Positions 1-11,264 of a stretch of 63,879 bases of DNA are shown piece by piece. The notes beneath the pieces were generated by a model. That model was not told where the DNA came from and searched no databases. It saw nothing but the letters and a program-made list of their open reading frames with translations. The stretch's first letter is position 1. Each line of letters opens with the position of its first letter. Position numbers and translations under genes: made by a program. The DNA comes from Chiloscyllium plagiosum (Eukaryota). The stretch spans positions 330,918 to 394,796 of the forward strand of contig NC_057754.1 of NCBI RefSeq assembly GCF_004010195.1. The letters run 5' to 3'.

Positions 1-439
1 GTTTTACCAGGATGTTGCCTGGTATGGTAGGAAGATTGTATGAGGAAAGGCTGAGGCACTTGGGTTGTTTTCATTGGAGAAAAGAAGGTTTAGGGTTTAC
101 TTGATAGAGGTGTATAAGATGATTAGGGGTTTAGATAGGGTCGACAGTGTGAATCTTTTTCCACGTATGGAGTCAGCTATTATGAGGGGGCATAGCTTTA
201 AATTAAGGGGGAGTTGGTATAGGACAGATGTTAGGGGTAGGTTCTTTACTCAGCGAGTCGTGAGTTCATGGAATGCCCTGCCAGTAGCAGTGGTGGACTC
301 TCCCTCTTTATGGGCATTTAAACGGGCATTGGATAGCATATGGAGGATAGTGGGTTAGTGTAGGTTAGGTGGGCTTGGATCGGCGCAACATCGAGGGCCA
401 AAGGGCCTGTACTGCGCTGTATTCTTCTATGTTCTATGT
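1..439 (+). mobile_element. CR1/HER1-type LINE 3' end (RT C-terminus and 3' tail), young subfamily
   Basis: ORF 65-358 (FSLEKRRFR..LIEVYKMIRGLDRVD..RGHSFKL..FFTQRVVSSWNALP) is typical CR1 ORF2 C-terminus; ends in a (TTCTATG)-type tail; near-identical inverted copy at 41741-42216. Confidence 0.9.
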
Positions 440-444
440 AATTG

Positions 445-690
445 CCCCAAGAGTTAAAGGAGCTGCTGGGTAGTGTCAGAGGGCAGTTAAGAGTTAACTC
501 CATTGGCGTGGTGTAGGCTCGACTGGGTAAGGACAATAGGTTTCCCTCACTAAAGGAGAGTAGTGACCCAGCCAGCTTCTTATTGTAATTAGACAGTGGT
601 TGTGTGGTCACCATTAGAATAGCTTTTTTATCCCAGAGATTTTTATTGCATTTAAATTGTCACCATCTACCACAGTGAGAATTGAACCAT
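445..690 (-). mobile_element. Fragment of tRNA-headed SINE/LINE family (same family as 42597-42960 and 45700-46005)
   Basis: Shares gggcagttaagagt..aac..cattg, ggtaagga...ttccctcactaaagga and ccatt...agcttt motifs with the other copies. Confidence 0.6.
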
Positions 691-2716
691 ATACAGAGCT
701 TTTCCCAATGTTTTAATTGAAACTTGGCTCCGTTTAACTTTGCTCAACACCCAAAGATGTGTGTTTGCATCGGATGTTTGGGTTAACCTGTTCAGTGTTA
801 ACCTGTGTCCTGCCTGAAAACAATAATCACTTGTTAAACGTTGGGATCTGGAGGAAGGTCACTGCCTTTGATTTTCGGTCCTTCCCTAGAAGAGTAGAGC
901 ATGTACATAGTGAGTTATCGGAAGAGAATACCGCACTTACTGCTGTACACTGTCTCCATGGCAATGTCAGGATGTGGGTGGTCTGTGACTGTTACCATGG
1001 TGACACATTTAACTCAGAGTTCAGGCAAAGCTCCTGAGCCGCATCTCATTCACTGTGAAAGGGTACCACGTTGTAATGAACTCCACACCGGCTCCCAGTC
1101 CCCAGCGCACTTCTCCAGGCAGACCCTCTCACACTCTTCTTGCCCCCCTCCTGCCCTCCCATCTTTTGCCCTCTCGCCCTAATCCTTTCCCTGTTGTTTT
1201 GTTCCCCACCCCTGCCTTCCTTTTTTACCATTGGCAATGGTGTTGTTGTAGCTGCTCCATTGGTGGGAGGGTGGAATTATTTTGTGACTTGTTTATAGAG
1301 GAAGACTGTGTGTTAATGGAATAAAGTAGTGTGATATGTGGCAGGAAGGAAGCACGCACAAATAATTGGTTTTACAAATTAAATGAAGAACACACTACTA
1401 TGAATTTGGTGCAAAACCAGCCATCCGGCCCCTTGAGTCTGTTCCATCCTTCAGTAAGATCACAGCTATCTTTTACTTAGAGTGTCACTTGATTAATTCA
1501 AGGTGGGGTGGGGGGGCGGAAGCGTGCTTTATTATTGTGTGTGCAGCAAGAGGTGGTGGCCTCAGGCATTGGCTGATTATTGGAGTTAGTGTTGCTGACT
1601 GTAGAGTTTTGCCTGGCCTCGTCCTCTTTCTGATGCTCCTTTCCTTTGCCCCTGATGCTGTATGTCACTGAGTCATCTTCTCTGTGAGTCATGTATGTTA
1701 TTGCTGTTTCAAATGGGGAAACTGGTTACACTTGCCTGACTCTCTCCATTGAGACATGGCGGTGTGTTGGAACATCTCCACGTGTCTGTAGGGTCAGAGA
1801 AACCGGTTGACCTGGTCGCTTTTAGATTCTCCTTCCTCACCCTCCAAAAAAAACTCATGTCCTCCTGGATTTTAGACTGTCCCCACCATGCTTTTGTGTA
1901 ATGTTTCAGTCTTAGGGCTGGAGGTGACCCCCTCCCTCCATCAATCCCTGATGCTGGGGTGATTCACCTCTTTTCTGTGCCATTGGTATGGATGGTGCTA
2001 GTTGATAGGTTTATAATTGATTGTCACATTTTGGGAAGGTTGAATGTTACATCCTGCAGATAAATGTAACCATCTTAGCTGGTTTCCTATAAGCAGCGAG
2101 TAACCTGCCAATTGTTTACTCGCTTACGAGCGTTGGTATTGACACCAGCTCTTCCTGTGAAACCTGTGACAGGAATATGTTCCCCACACCCCCTAGATTT
2201 GTCCCCACCAGGTCAGGCAGCTGTGTGCCAGTCAGTCACCGGGCTCGGGAACTGTCCTTCTGCCAGTGGAGGCCTAGTTCAGGCTTGGGGGCTGGGGGTT
2301 TGCTGGTATGTGGAGATGCAGCAGCCTGTCTTTTGGAGACTAGGTCAAACAGTGTCCTAAATCTCAAACCTATTGTTCAGCTGATCAGCCCTTTTTGTCT
2401 GCACTACCTCCTGTTCTGAACCATATCCATGGATGTAGCTGAAAGTGGGCTGTGACGGCCAGAGATTCCTCAACTGGTTCCTGTCCAGTGAGCTCTGCCT
2501 CTAGGTAGATAATGGGCAAAGACTATAGGGCACCTTATAGCCAGCTAGCTCCTGAGTGAAGGTCGTGGTGAGAAAGGGAATGGTGTATAGCAATCTGGAA
2601 TCTCTGAAATGCTGCTGGTGATTGTAGCAGCGTGCACTGCATCATGTCGACAATGGTGGCGTCGGTCATTGTGACTCATTTGCCCTTCACACCTTTCTTC
2701 TTGTTTCTGTTTTTAG

Positions 2717-2743
2717 AAATCTGTCTTTCAGATTTGCGAGAAG
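2717..2743 (+). CDS. MARK2: MARK2 27-nt microexon encoding (R)NLSFRFAR(R), phase 2-2
   Basis: Long polypyrimidine tract ending ttttag, exon AAATCTGTCTTTCAGATTTGCGAGAAG, donor gtagga; peptide matches the RNLSFRFAR cassette I recall from mammalian MARK2; frame fits the downstream exons. Confidence 0.93.
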
Positions 2744-3539
2744 GTAGGAACACACACCCATTGTATGTTTTCATGCTGGTTATGTTACTAACACCTTGGC
2801 CTCTCTTTCTGTCATCACTGCTCTTGCTGTCTTGTCACTCAACCTTTCCTTCTTTGTTTCCGTCACTGTTCGGTGTTCTTAGGGCTAATGTGGGATATGT
2901 TGTTTTCTAAGGTGACGCATGCTGTTTTGGAGATGTGAGGGCTGTTGTGAGTGGGGCGGGGTGGGGGGAGCTGGAATGGAGTGGTGTCTGGGGCTTGTGG
3001 GCAGTTAAGCACTTTCTCTTGGGAGCAAACCTTTCTTATCCTGAGGACAATACGTTATTTGAGGGTCACTTCTCCTAATTGTCTTTCTAAGGTGGGACCT
3101 TCCATTCACCTGTCTCCGTCCACCTCCCCAAACTCCAATCCACCACAGAGAACATGGCAATGATTGAGTGACCAGAGTAAGCTGCAATACTCCTTTGGGA
3201 TAGAATAGCCAATCAACAGAATGGCTTTCTGGGGAAGAACATTCACCCAGTTAGGATGCTGGTGGTGTTCCCTATCCCTCTGGAGGCCTTATTGTGGAGC
3301 GGAGTTGCTGGTTTCAGAATTAAGGTTACGGTTAGAATCATTCTTGGAGAGCGTGGCAAATTTGGATTGCTCCCATGAGGAACCTGCTGTTTCTTTCAAC
3401 TACCAGAGTCTCCATGAGTAATGCTCTGGATCTGTGGGTTCAGAGATTCACTTTTATTTCAGAGTGGCCAAAGCAGAATGTTTAAGTGTTTTCACCATTT
3501 AGGGGAGAACAGTGAAAGGAAAAGGTGCTGAGCAAGTGC

Positions 3540-5930
3540 TGTTAATAAGAGATCAGTGTGTTTGTGCAGTAGTCAGAGGGAGATGTTCAGTCAACTTGGG
3601 GTGGAGCTAAGAAACAGCAAGGCGCAGCAAGCATTGGTCAGAGTGCTGTAGAAGCCACTAGAAGTAGGGGTAATGCCAGGCATGGTATAAATTAGGAAAT
3701 TAAAGATATGTGTAGCAAGAATAATACTGTCACAATGGGGTCCTTCATGTAGGTCAGGTCAACCTAACTAGCGCTAATACTGTGGAGGACTGATTCCTGG
3801 AATGGATGTGGGATGATTTTAGTGACAGAACGTGATGAGTTGAGAATGGGCTATGAGAGGCCGAATTAATAATCTTGCGGTAAAGAAGCCTTTAGGAAAA
3901 TGGCCAGAGTATGGCAGGGCTTTTCCATTAAGTTCAAAAGTGATATAGTTCACCCTGAAACTAGGGTCTTTGATCTAAACAAAGGAAACCATGACAGTAT
4001 GAGGGGGCAAATTGGCTGTGACTACATTAAAATGATGTAGGTAGCCAATGTCTAACATTTTTGGCCACACAATGGCTAAACATGGTTTGCAACACTTCTA
4101 TTTTCCAGCAGAATGGATGCTCCAACCATAGGTAACAAGGGAAGTTAAAGATTTTATGAGATCAAAAGCATAGACTTACAAAGTTGCCAAAAAAGTAGTA
4201 AGTCCAAATATTGGTAGCATTTTAGAATTCAGTCAAGGAAGACACAAAACTAATAAAGGAAGGGAGAATGAAAGGTGAAAGTAAAAGAGCGAGAAACCTC
4301 GACAGGTTTATGTAAAGAGAAAAAGATGAACAAAGCCAAATGTGAGCCCATTGCAGCCAGAGGCAGGAGATTCTGAAATGGGGAATAAGGGAATAGCAGA
4401 GTAACAAAACAATGACTTTGTATCTGACTTTCAGCAATACTAGGGAATTGAGGTAATGGTACAAAAGTGGTAGTGGAGAAAATAATGGAACTGAAAGTTG
4501 ATAAATCCTCAGGACTTGATGATCTACATCTTAGACTATTGGAAGGTGAAGCTCAAAAGATGGTCGGAGTTCTATCTAATCCTGGAATGGTTTCTGCAGA
4601 ATAGAATGTGTCAAATGTAACTCCCCTGTTTAAACAAAGATTAGAGAGAAAATGGGGAGCTACTGACTTGTAAGACTGATGTCAGTTGTCGGAAAAATAT
4701 TCAAGTCTATTATAAAGGATGTGATAAGGGGATACTTCAACAACAATGATAGGTGTGGATAGAGACAACATGGATTTCTGAAAGGGAAATGAGATTGAAC
4801 AGAACTTTGAATTTTGAGTATCTGGCGGAGTTGAGAAGGGAGCGTGCAGTGTGTTGGGTGGGGGGGTGAGCGCGGTGAAAATGACTTTGAGGTTGATGCT
4901 GCAACAAAGTTTAAAGGGCATATGGACAGATTGGTGAATAGGATAGCAGGTGGAATATATATGGAAAATGATGTCCACTTTAAATGCCAGTAAGAAATTG
5001 GAAGTGTGTTGATGTGCAAAGGGACTGAGTTGTTCTTGTCCAGGAGTTACTGAATGCTGTCATGCAGGTGCCAGGAAACAATTCTGAAGACAAACGGTCT
5101 GTTAGTATTTATCATGAGGATTTGTGTACAGGAGCCCAGGCGCATTACTCCAATTACATAAAACACTGGTGAGACTGCACCTGGAGTATGGTGCGCATTT
5201 CTGGTCCCTTCCCCTTCCCATGTTATACTCTCCATAGGGATTCACTAGACCATTCCTGGGATGATGGGACTGTCGAGGTCAAAGAGACTGTGTTCTCTGG
5301 GGTTTCAAGGAATGAAGGGCAATTCCCATAGAAACTTGTCAACCTTTTTCAGACATTTGGGCGGCACGGTGGCACAGTGGTTAGCACTGCTGCCTCACAG
5401 CGCCGGAGACCCGGGTTCAATTCCTGCCTCAGGCAACTGCCTGTGTGGAGTTTGTACATTTTCACATTGTCTGCGTGGGTTTCCTCCCACAGTCCAAAAA
5501 TGTGCAGGTTAGGTGAATTGGCCATGCTAAATTGCCCGTAGTGTTAGGTGAAGGGGTAAATGGAGGCTAATGGGTCTGGGTGGGTTGCTCTTCAGAGGGT
5601 CGGTGTGGACTTGTTGGGCCGAAGGGCCTGTTTCCACACTGTAAGTAATCTAATCTAGGTAGTAATCTAATTTACAGTAGATACAGAAATGAGGTGTCCC
5701 CCTAGTAGTGAGGTCTATGAACTGGGATAGTCTCAGAGTACAGGGCTCAATTCTGAATGAGATGAGGAGGAGATTGGTGAATCTGTCATTGGGCAGGTTC
5801 AAGTTAGAGATATAGATATCCCAATGTTAACAGATGTCAATGGACATGGGGTTGAGGTGAAAGGTCAGTCAAGAATTAGAGCAGGTTTGAGGGGAGGAAT
5901 GGCCTTCTCATCATATTTCCCATGTTTCTC
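3540..5930 (+). mobile_element. Old degenerate CR1-type LINE body, interrupted by an HE1 SINE
   Basis: Decayed ORF2 motifs (gataaatcctcaggacttgatg, caacatggatttctgaaaggga, gagactgcacctggagtatggtgcgcatttctggtc) with many frameshifts. Confidence 0.7.
5359..5657 (+). mobile_element. HE1-type tRNA-derived SINE, full length
   Basis: A box (tggcacagtgg), B box (gggttcaattcc), central tgtgtggagtttg domain, gaagggcctgtttccacactgta and (taatc) tail. Confidence 0.9.
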
Positions 5931-6264
5931 TGCAAGGACTGAGACTGATGAAATAACTAACTCCTGTTCATCTGGTAGTTATTGTTGACATAGGGTCTTG
6001 AAGGTTTGAAGTTCAACACTTTTGTAATTATACCTGAGTGCACTATCCCCAAGCAGTCAGGCTCCTGTCTTGATGCCGCACTCCTCAGCTTTGTACAAAC
6101 TAGAGAGAGAATGGGAAGAGCCCAGGTTTGGTCTTGCTGACTGTGAGAGACAATGCTCCTAGTAAGTGCCTCTCTAATCATTCAAATGTATCATTGTGTC
6201 TGGTTGTTTTGCCTCACAGCTAGAAAATTTACTGTCCAACTTCAGGAGGTCATACATGTAAATT

Positions 6265-7990
6265 AAGAACAAGAGTGGTCCATTTGGTCCCTTGAACTTG
6301 CTCCACAATGGAATAAGATTGCAGCTGAGCTGATTGTGGCCTTGACTCCACTTTTCTCCTTATACCTGATCACCCCTGACTGTCTCTTTGATTGCTTTTT
6401 TAAGCTAAGTCCCCATGTTCTAGTCTCTCCCACATCAGTATCCACCTTACAAGTCCTCTCAGGATCTTGTATGTTTCATTAAAGTTCACCTCTCTGTCTT
6501 CGAAATGCTGATGGATACAGGCCCAGTCCGTCCAAAGTTTCCTCAAAAGATAAATCCCCTGCCCCCAATCCCAGGAATCGGTCAAGTGAATCTTTCCTGA
6601 ACAGCTTTGAATAGTTTCTTAAATACAGGTGTACACTGTATTCTAGATGTGGTATCACAAGCATTCTATACAATTGCAACAAAACTTCACAAATTTTGTA
6701 CTGTATTCCATTCCCTTTACAATAAACAGTAATATGGCATTTGTTTTCTGAATCGCAGAGAACTTCATACGAACCTCTGTATCTCAGTCCTGCAAGCCCT
6801 GTTCAATTTTAAATAATGCTGCTTCTCTATTGTTCCTGCCAAAATGCACAAGTTCACATTTTTCCACATTTTATTACATCTGTCACATTTTGCCCACTCA
6901 CTTAAATTATCTATATCCTTTGGCAGACTGCTTTCTTCTTTACAACTTGGTTTCCTATCTGGCTTTATAAAAATTGAAAATAATTGAGGTCCCAACACTA
7001 ATCTATGGCACTCCACTAGTTACATTTTGTCAATTGGAAAGTGACATATTTAGGCACATCCTCTACTTCCAATCAGCTAATTAATCCTCTGTCTGTGCTA
7101 ATAGCCACTGTCCCATGGGCTGGTATTTTGTGGAGTAATTTGTGTGGTACCTTGTCACAAGTCTCCAGGAAATCTCAGTATAGTGAGTCCGCTGGTTTCC
7201 CCTTAATAGGCTTTGCTCGTCACTTCCACAAAGAATTCTCATAAATAGATTAATTACTGTTTCCCCTTCACGAAACCATGACTCTGACTGAATGATTTCA
7301 GATTTTCTGTCTGCCCTGTTTCTTTACAGTAGATTTCAGCATTTTCCCTATGACAGATGTTAGGCTAATTGGACAGTAGTTTCCTGCTTCGTGTCTCCCT
7401 TGAATGGAAATGTTACATTCATTGTTTTCCCATCTGATGGGTCCATTACTGGGAATTCATTTGAAGAACTGAAACCTCAGCAGCCACTTCTTTTTCACAT
7501 TGGAGTTCATAGATATTCTGGGCCAGGAGATGTGTCAGATTTCAGTTATATTGACTTTCATTGTACCCTCTCCCTGGTGATCACTGTTGAAGGTGATCAC
7601 TGTTGAAGTTCCTCACTCCCTTTCAGCCTCTGATTCACAATTATTTTTGGATGTTATTTGTATCTGCTACAGTGAAAACAAATGCAAACTACTTGTTCAA
7701 TTCCTCTTCCATCTCAATCTTTTTATTAGTTCACAAGCATAATTAGTGGAGGGCAGCTCTCACTTGCTCATTTCTTTGTTAAATACTTATTGAAATTCTT
7801 AATATTTGTTTTTATATTTCTAGCTTGATTTCTCTTGTACTCTTAACTTTCCCCTCCCTATTCACTTTCTAGTCATTTTGTGCAATTCTTTGTATTCTGT
7901 CCAGTTTTCTGACCTGCCAGCCATCATTGTGCAATTTCAGTTTGATGCTTTCTTTAACTTCCTTAGTTACCCTCAGTTGCTGTCCTTTTA
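6265..7990 (-). mobile_element. Degenerate CR1-type LINE
   Basis: Minus-strand ORF remnants LQLYRMLVIPHLEYSV, VLGPQLFSIFI, DIDNLSEWAK; 3' tail near 6265. Confidence 0.75.
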
Positions 7991-8571
7991 GAATCTTTCA
8001 TTCTCACTGGCATGTAAACTTTAGCATCTCATCACTCCCACATCGTCCTGCCCATCCAACCCATCCTCCAGGCCCGCACCAAGCCCACACCCAAGCTCCC
8101 ATCTCGCAAGCCCATCCCCACCATCCCAATCCTGCAGGCCCATGCCCTACCCCCAGCACAGCCTATCCACTTCATGCCAGTTGCGAGCTGAGGAGAGAAA
8201 GGAGGACAGTAAACACTAACCTCTGGTATATCAGCCTATGCTGGCAATGTTTCTTTAGGCCTGGAACAAGGTGAGAATCCATATGGATGGGGTGTTGGTT
8301 GGCTGTTTCGCAAAGTGCATGCTTGGTCTAACATTGAATGCAACTAACCCGTTTGTTGCTGTGCGTGTCAAATTTAACCGTTATATTTGATGGATAATTT
8401 ACAGTTTCAAAAGGAACAATTGCAACAAAGATACTAGATTCCTCCTGATCTGTTACAAGTGTAACCTGCCAGGCGTCTCGTCTTTTGGGCTTCCACTTCA
8501 GCAGCAGCTGGATGGGAGAAGGCACTGGGTGTGAATGGAATTGTGGCAGGACATGACTGGGAGATGATGAA

Positions 8572-8724
8572 CAGAGCTGAAAATGTGTTGCTGGAAAAGC
8601 ACAGGAAGGGCTTATGCCCGAAATGTCGATTCTCCTGTTCCCTGGATGCTGCCTGACCTGCGCTTTTCCAGCAACACATTTTCAGCTCTGATCTCCAGCA
8701 TCTGCAGACCTCACTTTCTCCTCA
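8572..8724. mobile_element. Short Penelope-like fold-back insertion (family A)
   Basis: 29-bp inverted repeat cagagctgaaaatgtgttgctggaaaagc / gcttttccagcaacacattttcagctctg; 5'-truncated hammerhead (aagggcttatgcccgaaatgtcga); flanked by direct repeat agatgatgaa. Confidence 0.75.
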
Positions 8725-8932
8725 AAGATGATGAAGAGAGCTCTGTCTAGTCAAACACTGTAGCATAGTGCTTGCAGCTAGAAAGGAGTACTAAATTAGA
8801 CTGCACATTAGTGATTAAATCACTCCAAATCAATTCCACCCAATTCATAACACACCCCAAATCAATTCCACCCAATTCATAACACACCCCAAATCAATCC
8901 CATGTCAATTCTTAACACACCCAGCAATCATA

Positions 8933-9088
8933 TTCTGGATTAGAGGTGCTGGAGGAACACAGCAGTTCAGGCAGCATCCGCGGAGCAGTAAAATCGACGT
9001 TTCGGGCAAAAGCCCTTCATCAGGAATAAAGGCAGAGAGGCTGAAGTGTGGAGAGATAAGCTAGAGGAGGGTGGAGATGGGGAGAAAT
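8933..9088 (-). mobile_element. Penelope-like pseudo-LTR fragment (family A) inserted in the left edge of the satellite
   Basis: Matches pLTR sequence at 49400-49570; contains an intact hammerhead core. Confidence 0.8.
8993..9026 (-). ncRNA. Minimal type-I hammerhead ribozyme motif, family A, intact core
   Basis: Minus strand reads UUC-CUGAUGA-A-GGGC-UUUU-GCCC-GAAA-CG-UC-GA: conserved core, 4-bp stem II, palindromic ACGU in place of helix III, GUC cleavage triplet. Confidence 0.8.
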
Positions 9089-10591
9089 AAGTCAACTCGT
9101 CAGTAACACAGAAAATCAATCCCACCTCAATTGACAACACGACCCAAATCAATCCCACCTCAATTTATAACACAACCCGAAATCAATCACTACGTCAGTA
9201 ACACGCCCCGAAATCAGGCACCACGTCAGTAACACGCCCCGAAATCAGGCACCACGTCAGTAACACGCCCCGAAATCAGACACCACGTCAGTAACATGCC
9301 CCGAAATCAGGCACCACGTCAGTAACACGCCCCGAAATCAGGCACCAGGTCAGTAACACGCCCTGAAATCAGGCACCACGTCAGTAACACACCCAGAAAT
9401 CAGGCACCGCGTCAGTAACACGCACCGAAATAAATCACCACGTCAGTAACACGCCCGAAATCAATCACCACGTCAGTAACACGCCCCAAATCAATTACCA
9501 CGTCAGTAACACGCCCCGAAATCAATCACCGTGTCAGTAACACGCCCTGAAATCAGGCACCGCGTCAGTAACACGCCCTGAAGTCAGGCACCATGTCAGT
9601 AACACGCCCTGAAGTCAGGCACCGTGTCAGTAACACGCCCCGAAATCAGGCACCGTGTCAGTAACACGCCCCGAAATCAGGCACTGCGTCAGTAACACGC
9701 CCCGAAATCAGGCACCGCTTCAGTAACACGCCCTGAAATCAGGCACTGCGTCAGTAACTCGCCTTCGAAATCAATCACCACGTCAGTAACGCCCCGAAAT
9801 CTGGCACCACGTCAGTAACACGCCCCGAAATCAGACACCATGTCAGTAACACACCCCGAAATCAATCACCACGTCAGTAACATGCCCCGAAATCAATCAC
9901 CACGTCAGTAACATGCCCCGAAATCAGGCACGACGTCAGTAACACGCCCCGAAATCAGGCACGACGTCAGTAACACGCCCTGAAATCAGGCACCGCTTCA
10001 GTAACACGCCCCGAAATCAGGCACCGCTTCAATAACACGCTCCGAAATCAGGCACCACGTCAGTAACACGCCCCAAAATCAGTTACCACGTCAGTAACAC
10101 GCCCTGAAATCAGGCACCACGTCAGTAACACACCCGGAATCAATCACCACGTCAGTAACACGCCCCGAAATCAGGCACCGCTTCAGTAACACGCCCCGAA
10201 ATCAGGCACAGCTTCAGTAACACGCCCCGAAATCAATCACCACGTCAGTAAAACGCCCCAAAATCAATCACCACGTCAGTAACACTCCCCGATATCAGGC
10301 ACCGCGTCAGTAACACGCCCAGTAATCGGGCACCGCGTCAGTAACGCCCCGAAATCAATCACCATGTCAGTAACACGCCCCGAAATCAATCACCACGTCA
10401 GTAACATGCCCCAAAATCAGGCACCACATCAATAATACCCTCCAAAATCAATCCCATGTCAACCTGTAACACACCCCGAATCGATCCAAACCTCAATTCG
10501 TAACATGTCGAAGTCAATCCCCACGTCAGTAACACACCGTGAAATCAATCGCCACGTCAGTAGCACCACCCAAAATCAATCACACCTCAAT

Positions 10592-11264
10592 TAGAACATA
10601 GAACAGTACAGCACAGAACAGGCCCTTCAGCCCACGATGTTGTGCCGACCATTGATCCTCATGTATGCACGCTCAAATATCTGTGACCATATGCATGTCC
10701 AGCAGTCTCTTAAATATTCCCAATGACCTCGCTTCCACAACTGCTGCTGGCAACGCATTCCATGCTCTCACAACTCTCTGCATAAAGAACCCGCCTCTGA
10801 CATCCCCTCTATATTTTCCGCCAAACAGCTTAAAACTATGACCCCTCCCAGGCAGCATCCTGGTAAACCTCCTCTGAACCCTCTCCAAAGCATCCACATC
10901 TTTCCTATAATAGGTCAACCAGAACTGGACGCAGTATTCCAAGTGTGGTCTAACCAAAGTTTTATAGAGCTGCAACAAGATCTCACGGCTCTAAAACTCA
11001 ATCCCCCTGTTAATGAAAGCCAAAACACCATACGCTTTCTTAACAACCCTGTCCACTTGGGTGGCAATTTTCAGGGATCTATGTGCCTGCTCACGAAGAT
11101 CCTGCTGTTCCTCCACACTGCCAAGAATCCTGTCTTTAATCCTGTACTCAACTTTCAAGTTCGACCTTCCAAAATGCATCACTTCGCATTTATCCAGGTT
11201 GAACTCCATCTGCCACCTTTCAGCCCATCTCTGCATCCTGTCAATGTCAAGCTGCAGCCTACAA
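10592..11264 (-). mobile_element. 5'-truncated CR1/HER1-type LINE with internal deletion, inserted in the satellite
   Basis: ORFs 10991-11236 and 10673-10978 (WAERWQMEFNLDKCEVMHFG, LYKTLVRPHLEYCVQFW); tail agaacatagaac at 10593. Confidence 0.92.

Noticed and set aside
901..1324. Possible extra MARK2 exon or alternative terminal exon
   Set aside because: No MARK-like peptide and no convincing splice-site pair
5359..5430. tRNA gene (also 25329, 35240, 41324, 60510)
   Set aside because: tRNA-like heads continue into SINE body and tail; no complete cloverleaf
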